From IMG/VR virus record IMGVR_UViG_3300042516_005475, positions 166,048 through 230,047 of that record: a stretch of DNA of 64,000 nt; one strand, given 5' to 3'. Shown here in pieces: positions 1 to 7,729 of this stretch. Position numbers and translations under genes: made by a program. Every line of letters starts with the position of its first letter. Positions within the stretch are counted from its first letter, which is position 1. The notes beneath the pieces are model-generated. The model ran no database searches and was not told the DNA's origin. It worked only from the letters and a program-made list of their open reading frames with translations.

Positions 1-432
1 ATTGCTCTCTTAGCAAAAGACAATGCAATTTACAATTGGTATAAAACTACTGAGAATAGTATTTGTACGGGTAACTCTATATATAGAGAAATTTCTGACC
101 ATTTCTCTAATGAAAAGCTCATCATCGAGGAAAGAATTGGTGTTAAACTAAGCGATTTATTTAAGCACAATCAATTTGATCTAATTAAACTAGATACTCA
201 AGGCTCTGAGTTAGATATTATACAGGGTGGTATGGATATATGTAAAGCAGCCAAAGGCATTATTATTGAAACCTCTATCAACAAATACAATGATGGAGCT
301 CCTTTATACGTGCAAGTAGTAGTGTTTATGAATAGTATAGGTTTTGAGCAGCGAGAAGAAATCGACATTTTCCACTATGGAAATGTTTATCAAAAAGACA
401 TTCTTTTCATTAAGAAAGGCTTGAATTCGTAA
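1..432 (+). CDS. FkbM-family methyltransferase, 5'-truncated by window edge
   Basis: Frame 1 is open from base 1; motifs SICTGNSIYRE, FDLIKLDTQGSELDIIQGG, IIIETS; paralog of 15962-16579. Confidence 0.85.
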   Translation: MALLAKDNAIYNWYKTTENSICTGNSIYREISDHFSNEKLIIEERIGVKLSDLFKHNQFDLIKLDTQGSELDIIQGGMDICKAAKGIIIETSINKYNDGAPLYVQVVVFMNSIGFEQREEIDIFHYGNVYQKDILFIKKGLNS

Positions 433-455
433 AAAAATCAGTTAAAATAAGTGTA

Positions 456-1130
456 ATGAAAAACAAAGTCGAGTTGCTTGGATTTTACGGAAATGACCAG
501 GTGCATGCCTGTTCTGCCTGGACATCAACTAGTCGAAACTTATCAGATGAAAAAATTGAAAGAATTCCTAAATTGCTCAAGATGCTTGCTGACGCAGGTC
601 ACCATACTCCTTTTGAAAAGTCTACTCTACACTTTTTGGTGGATACTGATATTGCTAGTCACATTCATCTCCTTAAGCATCGTATCGGTGTATCTATTAA
701 TGGAGAGTCTGCTCGGTACAAGGAAATAAAGGAAGACAAGTATCTTATTCCAGAAGATTGGAAAGATATTGAATCTAATTTTGTAGATGGAGATAGTAAT
801 AAGTTAGGTGTTCAAAATGATAAATGGGCAAAAATTCTTGAACATTATACTGAACTTGGCAATACTCTTTATCATCAATGCGTTAAAGACCTTGAGCCAA
901 CTTTAGGGCGCAAGCGAGCTAAGGAATCTGCTCGATTCTTCAAAACTTACAACTCTCAGATTCAGGCTGATATTTCCTTTAATTGGCGAAGCTTTTATCA
1001 CTTCCTTCAGCTTCGCAACAAGCCTGATGCACAGCTAGAGATTCGAGAAATTGCTGCAGAGATGTTGAATCAAGTTAAGAACATTGACGGCAATCCGTTC
1101 GAACATACCATTGCTGCATTTGAACTGTAA
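456..1130 (+). CDS. thyX: FAD-dependent thymidylate synthase
   Basis: GHHTPFEK, HLLKHRIGVSINGESARY (variant of the RHRxxxSxxxxSxR signature), NWRSFYHFLQLR, AQLEIREIA. Confidence 0.93.
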   Translation: MKNKVELLGFYGNDQVHACSAWTSTSRNLSDEKIERIPKLLKMLADAGHHTPFEKSTLHFLVDTDIASHIHLLKHRIGVSINGESARYKEIKEDKYLIPEDWKDIESNFVDGDSNKLGVQNDKWAKILEHYTELGNTLYHQCVKDLEPTLGRKRAKESARFFKTYNSQIQADISFNWRSFYHFLQLRNKPDAQLEIREIAAEMLNQVKNIDGNPFEHTIAAFEL

Positions 1131-1131
1131 T

Positions 1132-1665
1132 ATGAATAAACCAGAAGAAATTATTGTTGAATTGCCTGAATTTTACCGAACTACTAAGCTCGGTGATAAA
1201 CTGCTTGATATTATTCCATACGGGTGGCGTATGTATTACAAGTATCAAGACTTGCAGCATTGGATTATTAAGACTTATCAAAAGCTTCGCTATGGAGTTT
1301 CTGAAAGTGAGTGTTGGAATCTTAGCACAACAATCACCAGCTTTGTATTGCCTCGTCTCAAGCATTTTAAGAAGATGCAGAGATATGCTTATCCTCCTGA
1401 TATAACTCCAGAGCAATGGGAAGAGATCATTGATGAGTTGATCTGGACATTTGAGTTCATGAATAACGAAGGAGAGGTTCTCAATCCTTTCCCAGATGTA
1501 TGGAAGAATGAAGAAGAAGAGCTATGGGAATACTGCCAGAGGAAGAAAACTCCTGAAGAGAAAGAGGCTATTAATAAATGGTATGCTAAGCAACTTGAAC
1601 TTAATGAGCGTAAGAGAAGGGGTCTCGAGTTATTTGCTAAGTACTATGATGCTCTTTGGGACTAA
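1132..1665 (+). CDS. hypothetical phage protein
   Basis: ATG 1132 follows thyX stop by 1 nt; PPDITPEQWEEIIDELIWTFE...RGLELFAKYYDALWD. Confidence 0.7.
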   Translation: MNKPEEIIVELPEFYRTTKLGDKLLDIIPYGWRMYYKYQDLQHWIIKTYQKLRYGVSESECWNLSTTITSFVLPRLKHFKKMQRYAYPPDITPEQWEEIIDELIWTFEFMNNEGEVLNPFPDVWKNEEEELWEYCQRKKTPEEKEAINKWYAKQLELNERKRRGLELFAKYYDALWD

Positions 1666-1673
1666 ATAACTTT

Positions 1674-1883
1674 ATGAATCAAAACATTATTAGAGAGAAC
1701 AATGATTTCTCAGTAGATTATAAGGATACCTGTGTAGCCTGTAATGGTCCTTCAGAGGAGAACAAGAGTACCAATGTTACTTTACGCAAATTTTATGTAG
1801 AAGGTTCTGGGCAATTGTGTAGGAAGTGTTATTTTAATGTTTTTCCAGAGAAACCCTATTCAAATTATTCGAATCTTGGATAA
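1674..1883 (+). CDS. small CxxC...CxxC zinc-finger protein
   Basis: CVACNG...YVEGSGQLCRKCY; TAAATA at 1663-1668 lies 5 nt before ATG 1674. Confidence 0.6.
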   Translation: MNQNIIRENNDFSVDYKDTCVACNGPSEENKSTNVTLRKFYVEGSGQLCRKCYFNVFPEKPYSNYSNLG

Positions 1884-1891
1884 ATACCTAT

Positions 1892-3988
1892 GTGAAGTTT
1901 CAAGATTATCTCATTGAGTCCTGGAAAGATTATAAAGTAAGTAACAGCCCCAAAGTACTTTTGTACGACTTTTACTTGCTTAGTTATCTTTCCTCTCTTA
2001 TTTTAGATCCAGGTACCAGAAAAGATGTTGGTTTAACAGGTGTTGGTTATTCTGGTAAATTCTTTGGAAGAGAAGGTAAAGAGCTCGATGAAGATATTCA
2101 AAACGCACAGAGAAAGCTATTACCATTCTTAGGTAACAAGCTATCTCAGGCTTTATTTTTAGCCGTTTGCGCAGAGCTACGCCATGTATTAGATAGAAAT
2201 CAACAATGGAGTGAGTTTAAGCATACAAAGAACAAAACATTTAGAAACTATATAAGAAACTTAGAGTTCATGAATAATAAAGAACTCAAAGATTTCCAAT
2301 CTAAAAGAAACATAGAAAATCCAAGATTACAGGTTCAAAGCCAAGGTTATAAAACATCTTACCAGGCTGCAAAGAAGTCTATCAAAGAAACAGGTGGCAA
2401 TGTAATTGACTTTGCCAGAATGGCTGCAGACGCCTTTGAAGATTTAAACTGGTCAGCATCATACGGAGGAGATAAGTGGGCTGAAATTGCTAAAGGTTAT
2501 GTAGATTTGCGCCTGGCTCTCAACAATTATAATCCTGAGGCTCCCAGCCCTTCTTCTGAGTCAGCAGAAAGGTTAATTGCTGCTATTGATCATGCATTTG
2601 ATTTAGAGCACAATACTGGTACAGTATTAAACAAAGTAAAGTACTTTGATGTTAAGGGATATGATTGGATTAAGACTGCCTTGGATGATAAGAGAGATGC
2701 TAACATGTATGACATAGCCAAGAAGGCTAGTAGCGACATGAGAAAGCTAGGTCAAGAAGTGTTAAAGGTGGCTGGTATGCAGGATAAGCAGATGAAAAAA
2801 GTACCTGCAGAGGCTGGTATTCCAACAAAGAAAATAAAGCTGGCTGGGTTTACCTCGAAGAAATATGAAGGTGAACATATTAAAGATCTCAGCAGTCTTC
2901 CTATAGGTAGTCTCATAACAGATGATTATAGCGAGTATGTAGCTAAAGTTTTAAATATAAAAAATGCAGAGAAAAAGGTTACGGTTAAATTTATAGCTAT
3001 AAAAAATAAAAATGATGAAAAATGGTTAGGAAAAACTCATAGATATAGTTTTAACTATATTAAAGAAAAATTACACATAGTTAAAAAACAAGATGAGGCT
3101 AATCTCTTAAAAGATTACTTTGTAGATCCTAGTTATAAACCGGAAGTTACTAGCACTTCATCTGCCATAAAAATTGGTGACACAGTAAAAGTTAAGAATA
3201 ATAACATGGAGGGTACTGTAGAATTAATTAATAATGAGGGAGATAATGAAGCACCCTTAGTTCAAATTAAAGTAATTAAAGCTATTCACCCTGAGCTTGT
3301 AGGTATTAAAACCTGGTACCCAGCAGACCATCTTGAGAAGATATCTCCATCAAAGGTAGTTAAGCTACAAGGTTTTGGTAGTAAAAAGCCAGCAAAAAAT
3401 GAGGCATTATTATTTTCAACAGAAATTGAAAGCCCATATATGTTAACTATAGGTTCAATTCTAATTAATATCCATAGTTCTGATCTATATATTGTTCAAA
3501 TGGTTAATGGGCCTGGAAATTATATAAAGATAAAATTAGTTGCATCGAACGACGCTTTGGAGTTTCCTAATTATACTGAACCTGAATTATACAATGGTGC
3601 TACAATTGCGAGAGATTTTAGATTAATAAAAAACAAAGATAAGGAAAGAGCCTTTGCTTCATATGAGTTTATAAAATTATCTTCTGCGAGTAGAGAAGCA
3701 TCTAAGGCTGCCAAGGCAGATGAGCCAGCCCCTAGAGAAAGAGATGAAAATTTAAAAGTTGGTTTTTACTTTGTAATTAATAATGAAACAAACATTGTTC
3801 AAATAACAGCTCTTCCAAGAGGTTATGTTGAATATAAAATAGTAGCAGCTACTAAAAAATATAAAGAGTTGGAAGGTGTTTCTAGCGGTATGCCTAAAGA
3901 TATGTTCATAGATTCAATTGACTTTGCTATTAATCCTAAATCAACTGAATTTAATTACTATATTAGACAATTCAAAAATAAACGTTGA
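1892..3988 (+). CDS. large late protein, putative internal head protein; conserved N-terminal domain plus KOW/SH3-like repeats (paralog of 8767-12267)
   Basis: 698 aa; MKFQDYLIE leader; LYDFY, WSASYGGDKW, IDHAFDLEHNTG shared with 8767; IKIGDTVKVK-type repeats; TAAATA 1881-1886. Confidence 0.65.
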   Translation: MKFQDYLIESWKDYKVSNSPKVLLYDFYLLSYLSSLILDPGTRKDVGLTGVGYSGKFFGREGKELDEDIQNAQRKLLPFLGNKLSQALFLAVCAELRHVLDRNQQWSEFKHTKNKTFRNYIRNLEFMNNKELKDFQSKRNIENPRLQVQSQGYKTSYQAAKKSIKETGGNVIDFARMAADAFEDLNWSASYGGDKWAEIAKGYVDLRLALNNYNPEAPSPSSESAERLIAAIDHAFDLEHNTGTVLNKVKYFDVKGYDWIKTALDDKRDANMYDIAKKASSDMRKLGQEVLKVAGMQDKQMKKVPAEAGIPTKKIKLAGFTSKKYEGEHIKDLSSLPIGSLITDDYSEYVAKVLNIKNAEKKVTVKFIAIKNKNDEKWLGKTHRYSFNYIKEKLHIVKKQDEANLLKDYFVDPSYKPEVTSTSSAIKIGDTVKVKNNNMEGTVELINNEGDNEAPLVQIKVIKAIHPELVGIKTWYPADHLEKISPSKVVKLQGFGSKKPAKNEALLFSTEIESPYMLTIGSILINIHSSDLYIVQMVNGPGNYIKIKLVASNDALEFPNYTEPELYNGATIARDFRLIKNKDKERAFASYEFIKLSSASREASKAAKADEPAPRERDENLKVGFYFVINNETNIVQITALPRGYVEYKIVAATKKYKELEGVSSGMPKDMFIDSIDFAINPKSTEFNYYIRQFKNKR

Positions 3989-4018
3989 TTCTGCATAGAA
4001 CCCCGTTATAATACAGAA

Positions 4019-4411
4019 ATGAGCTATTATCTCTTTTTGGACGATGAACGCTTCCCTCAAGATGTCACTTGGGTGAAGCTCCCACCCCACAACTGGACCA
4101 TTGTTCGCAACTATGCTGACTTTGTGCGAACCATTGAGAACAAAGGTTTGCCTGTGGAAATTGCCTTTGATCATGACTTGGGACACGAGCATTATCAGGC
4201 CTATCATGCCGCTGCTAAGCCTGGACATGGAGTCATTGATTACAGCAGCTTCAAGGAGAAGACTGGTCTCGACTGCGCCAAGTGGCTCATTGAACATTGT
4301 AACGAGAAGAATTTGCCGTTCCCCAAGTATTATGTTCACTCCATGAACCCCATTGGCAAGCAGAATATCATCAACGCTGTCAATTCCTTCAAAAGATATT
4401 TGCAAAAGTAG
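4019..4411 (+). CDS. cyclic-phosphate-processing receiver (cREC-type REC) domain protein
   Basis: LFLDDER.P, IAFDHDLG, TGLDCAKWL, VHSMNPIG motifs of this stand-alone receiver family. Confidence 0.8.
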   Translation: MSYYLFLDDERFPQDVTWVKLPPHNWTIVRNYADFVRTIENKGLPVEIAFDHDLGHEHYQAYHAAAKPGHGVIDYSSFKEKTGLDCAKWLIEHCNEKNLPFPKYYVHSMNPIGKQNIINAVNSFKRYLQK

Positions 4412-4440
4412 TGGCGTTCCTTCAAAAAAGCAGCCATAAT
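4411..4440 (+). promoter_or_regulatory. early-type promoter driving the ncRNA cluster
   Basis: gtggcg-ttcc...-CATAAT followed by GATTGTAGAAAAT, matching promoters at 26128, 27200 and 27485. Confidence 0.65.
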
Positions 4441-4554
4441 GATTGTAGAAAATTTAGAACGGTAGTAACGTTCAACAGGTGCTGACAATACGTAGAAAAA
4501 GATAGTGTTGGCTAAGTGCGAGTTGTAGTGCCTCCAGCCTGTGTTCTTTTCAAT

Positions 4555-4873
4555 GCGATCGTAGCTCAACGGTAGAGCATCGGCCTTTAATAGGAGCGCT
4601 TATAGAGTGATCTATAAGATGAACCGAGCCATATGCGGGGACCTCCTTAGAGCCTTGAGTACCGTAAGGTAAAAATCTCAAGGATTGGACAATCCGCAGG
4701 AAACCAGTAGATTAGTACGCTGTTGGTCATAAATTGGGATCCTCAGAGACTTTACGCTTGGCATCTCTAAAAGAGATGATGATAAAGTCCAGACTACAAC
4801 GGAAACGGCTAGTGAAAACTAGAGTAGTAAGTTAAGCCGGGTGTTGTGGATTCGAATTCCACCGGTCGCACCA
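4555..4873 (+). tRNA. trnK: tRNA-Lys(UUU) interrupted by a group I intron; exons 4555-4587 and 4832-4873
   Basis: Acceptor GCGATCG/CGGTCGC, D arm GCTC/GAGC, anticodon stem TCGGC/GCCGG, spliced loop CT-TTT-AA, T arm GTGGA-TTCGAAT-TCCAC, encoded ACCA end. Confidence 0.9.
4588..4831 (+). ncRNA. group I intron, 244 nt, no ORF (IC3-like)
   Basis: P ATGCGGGGAC 4633, Q AATCCGCAGG 4691, R CCTCAGAGACTTTA 4741, S GATGATAAAGTCC 4778; P7 GACTTTA/TAAAGTC; P3 CCGAGC/GCTTGG; P1 CTT/GAG; terminal G 4831. Confidence 0.92.
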
Positions 4874-4972
4874 TATTTGCCAACAGGGCTCAGCTTGATG
4901 CTTTGGACAGATAACAAAGTCTGATAGAGAGGCTAGTGCAGAAAATCCTGTATAAACTGCACATTAATTTTT

Positions 4973-5047
4973 CGGCAAGAGTCCTGATCAGACATGGTAA
5001 AGTGCCTGCAGAGGGCACGAGGCAGGTTCAAGTCCTCCATCTTGCCG
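4973..5047 (+). ncRNA. tRNA-like structured RNA without a normal anticodon arm
   Basis: CGGCAAG/CTTGCCG stem, TGGTAAA D-loop-like segment, GTGCCT/GGGCAC hairpin, AGG-TTCAAGT-CCT T-arm. Confidence 0.6.
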
Positions 5048-5070
5048 TTCAATTTAGTTCTTTTACATTT

Positions 5071-5162
5071 GAGTTGGAGCTGTATCCGCAAGGACAGCAT
5101 GGTGTTAGTGAAAGCATTGGAAATGCAGTCTTTCACCGGACTACGACGGTTCCATCCAACTC
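5071..5162 (+). ncRNA. structured RNA with the same architecture as 4973-5047
   Basis: GAGTTGG/CCAACTC, GCAA-tetraloop hairpin, ATGG/CCAT, GTGAAAG/CTTTCAC. Confidence 0.55.
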
Positions 5163-5169
5163 TTTAAAT

Positions 5170-5311
5170 TTATCTGTAGCTCAGCGGTAAGAGCAGAGTT
5201 CCTAACTATGGGTAAAGCCCTTAAAAATCTTATGTTAGGTCGTAAAATTGCCTTGTACTGATATTTTACAAGTTGTAAAAGTAGCCGTTGGTTCGATTCC
5301 AACCAGATGAA
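5170..5311 (+). ncRNA. tRNA-like RNA with a ~90 nt structured segment replacing the anticodon/variable region
   Basis: Acceptor TTATCTG/CAGATGA, TA-GCTC-AGCGGTAA-GAGC D arm, GTTGG-TTCGATT-CCAAC T arm; middle has CCTAAC/GTTAGG and CTTGTA/TACAAG. Confidence 0.7.
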
Positions 5312-5406
5312 CAATTACGCCCGGAGAATACCCGATAAATAGGACACTTAATTTGGTTCCCCATCAGAGGATTAAAACGCCAATTAAAAGACCGGCGACA
5401 ATTTTA

Positions 5407-5539
5407 TGCCAGGAGAGCGCGAGTAATACGCCTTCAGCTAGATGTAGTAATTAGCGTCTAGCAACGAGAAGAACAAAGGAAACCGAAGTAATTACCGGCT
5501 AACCTTTTATAGGTGGATAAAGAACCACCCCTGACACCA
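5407..5539 (+). ncRNA. CCA-ending tRNA-like RNA
   Basis: TGCCAGG/CCTGACA (one mismatch) then CCA; GGTGG/CCACC hairpin in T-arm position; internal GCTAGATG/CGTCTAGC stem. Confidence 0.45.
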
Positions 5540-5566
5540 ATTTAACAAGACAGATAGACGTGTAAG

Positions 5567-5621
5567 TAAGCTTTGGAAGCCACCCATAAGTGGGTGACTG
5601 GGTTCGATTCCCAGGAGCTTA
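5567..5621 (+). ncRNA. 55-nt minimal tRNA-like element
   Basis: TAAGCTT/GAGCTTA acceptor, TGGAAG linker, CACCCA-TAAG-TGGGTG hairpin, CTGGG-TTCGATT-CCCAG T arm; inside an AACAAG/CTTGTT outer stem (5544-5678). Confidence 0.6.
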
Positions 5622-5739
5622 TTAGGGAACAAACTGCCATCTCGACGAGAGAGCGTAGGTGAAATCCTGAAACTTGTTTCAAATTTTATTTGCAGTTCCT
5701 GTTACTTTCAGTTAAACTAAACGTAGTAAAAATAAAAAA

Positions 5740-6042
5740 ATGAACAAAGAAATCGTTAACATCGTTCGGGACCGCAAGGGTAATCCTCGTGGTTATGTTG
5801 TCGCTACTAAGCTCGAGAATGGTAAGGTTGGCCTTGGCTGGTCTTATGTTAATGTTAAGGCTGGAGATCGCTTCGACAAGTATCTCGGCCAAAAGATCGC
5901 CATGAATCGAGCCTTTACTGGTACTGATAAGTTTGTGCCTCGTGACGTGATGAAGGTGATTGATCGGGTGTCTTCTCGCGCTGTGAAGTACTTCAAGGCT
6001 CCTATTGATGCCTACCCTCAGCAAGTTGTTACTGTTGCGTAA
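5740..6042 (+). CDS. hypothetical early protein
   Basis: Downstream of TTGCAG-17-TAAACT promoter; GWSYVN...DRFDK.LG.KIA. Confidence 0.65.
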   Translation: MNKEIVNIVRDRKGNPRGYVVATKLENGKVGLGWSYVNVKAGDRFDKYLGQKIAMNRAFTGTDKFVPRDVMKVIDRVSSRAVKYFKAPIDAYPQQVVTVA

Positions 6043-6057
6043 ACAATTGCTAATGTT

Positions 6058-6264
6058 ATGATTAAAATCCTTGTTGATCTCGATACTGAAGGTGACAGCT
6101 TCAGAGGTAATATGTCTGGAGAAGTCACCAAGATCTCTAGGGATATTGGTGAAATGATCTTGGAAGTAATTAGCAAAGATGCTACTTGTGTATCGCGAGA
6201 TATCATCGATGCTGGAGATAATAAAATTGGTGTAGTAACTATTACTAATCCTTGGAGGGAATAA
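6058..6264 (+). CDS. hypothetical protein
   Basis: 68 aa ORF co-oriented with neighbours. Confidence 0.55.
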   Translation: MIKILVDLDTEGDSFRGNMSGEVTKISRDIGEMILEVISKDATCVSRDIIDAGDNKIGVVTITNPWRE

Positions 6265-6286
6265 CTAAAAGGGCATAAATATCTTT

Positions 6287-7684
6287 ATGCCTGTTAACAG
6301 TAATGTAACAACTCCTAATTACCAAACTTTAGAGTATCAAAAGTTTGTCCAAATATATAATGATACTAGATTCCCTCCAATAACAAGTGTAAGATCTGAC
6401 TATTATAGCGGTACACAGATTGAGATATATGATAAGTATGCTGTATTAACTTTTGATATTGGGCAAAATGCAGCTCTAGGACCAGCTAATACGTTGCCGT
6501 TTGGAGATAATGCTGCTAGTGATGCCTTTGGTAGACTGAGAGTTTCTCTCCCATCTACCTTATTTAACTCTAAACAAAATAATGATAGTAATTCTTTACT
6601 CTATAGCACAGCAACTGTAAATACAGGTAGTTGGTATTTTGATAACAATAATGCCTGTACAGTCTTATCTGTTTCAGCAACAGGAGATGTTGCTATAAAG
6701 CAGTCAAAAAAGTATATGAATTATCAGCCTGGCAAATCCCAGCTGATATTCGAAACCTTTGTAATGCCTAACACAGCAGGCATAGTTAACAGAGTTGGTT
6801 TATTTGATAGCTCAACAACTTCTCCATATAGCAATAATATTGAGGGTTATTATTTTCAATGTAATAATGGAGTAAATTCTTTCCATATTGCTAATGTTGG
6901 TGACGAGCCAAGCCAAAGCGCTTTACAATCTGAATGGAACATAGACAAGCTTAACGGTACAGGTTTATCTGGTATAACATTAGATGTTACAAAAACCCAG
7001 ATTTTAGTAATAGATTACGAGTGGTTAGGGGTAGGGAGAGTTAGAATGGGGTTCTGTATTAATGGTATTATATTTTATTGTCATCAATTCGTTCATGCAA
7101 ATGAAGTCTCTCTTCCTTATCTCCAAGATCCAAACAAACCTATTAGATATGAAATTAGAAGCACAGGTGGAATAGGTTCATTAAAACAAATATGCGCTAG
7201 TGTTATGAGTGAAGGTGGAAGTGTTGATAACGCTATCCCGTTATCTATTGATACTGGGTTTGACAGTATTGGTAATATTTCAAGCAATACATTATGGCCA
7301 GCTATAACTGTTAGACTAAAAGATTCTTTTAAGAGTGTAGATATACAATTAAAAGACTTTGCTGCAATGGCTTTCTCAACTACTAATACTCTTGTAAGAG
7401 TAGTATCAAATGGTGTTATTTCTAATTCAGCAGCCTTTGTTGATATGAGCTCTGGGGCCTTGGAATATAGTATAGGCACTACTTCTACTACTCTTACTGG
7501 AGGTGTTATATTATTCAGCTCTTTTTTTAATAAGGCCAGCAATACTATTAGTCAATTAGGAGAGTCTTTATATAGTTTAGGTAGCAACATAAACGGCACC
7601 AAAGATACATTATCATTAGTATTAGTTCCATGTGGAGGAAATGAAAAGTATTTTGCTGCAATGAACTTCAAACAGTACCTATAA
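6287..7684 (+). CDS. putative virion structural protein (beta-rich)
   Basis: 465 aa S/T/N-rich; DAFGRLRVS, YQPGKSQL, DYEWLGVGRVRMGF; TAAATA 6276-6281. Confidence 0.6.
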   Translation: MPVNSNVTTPNYQTLEYQKFVQIYNDTRFPPITSVRSDYYSGTQIEIYDKYAVLTFDIGQNAALGPANTLPFGDNAASDAFGRLRVSLPSTLFNSKQNNDSNSLLYSTATVNTGSWYFDNNNACTVLSVSATGDVAIKQSKKYMNYQPGKSQLIFETFVMPNTAGIVNRVGLFDSSTTSPYSNNIEGYYFQCNNGVNSFHIANVGDEPSQSALQSEWNIDKLNGTGLSGITLDVTKTQILVIDYEWLGVGRVRMGFCINGIIFYCHQFVHANEVSLPYLQDPNKPIRYEIRSTGGIGSLKQICASVMSEGGSVDNAIPLSIDTGFDSIGNISSNTLWPAITVRLKDSFKSVDIQLKDFAAMAFSTTNTLVRVVSNGVISNSAAFVDMSSGALEYSIGTTSTTLTGGVILFSSFFNKASNTISQLGESLYSLGSNINGTKDTLSLVLVPCGGNEKYFAAMNFKQYL

Positions 7685-7729
7685 TTTAGTTGCCTTTCCT
7701 GTTCAGGTAAATTATACTGTAGGAAGAAT

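Noticed and set aside
4555-4873. tRNA-Asn(GUU) by alternative splice junction
   Set aside because: Intron would end in A; group I introns end in G, and the CUU/GAG P1 fits the Lys junction
4921-4945. Hammerhead ribozyme core (CTGATAGA...GAAA)
   Set aside because: No stem II between the motifs
4973-5047. tRNA-Sec (long acceptor, GGCAGGTTC T-arm)
   Set aside because: No UCA anticodon arm or proper D stem; too short
4336-5190. ORFs 4336-4569(-), 4933-5136(-), 4936-5190(+)
   Set aside because: Overlap structured RNAs and lack protein-like features
5544-5678. Y RNA or tmRNA
   Set aside because: Arm order is D-then-T (not the permuted YrlA order), no Ro60 gene in the window, no tag ORF or pseudoknot series
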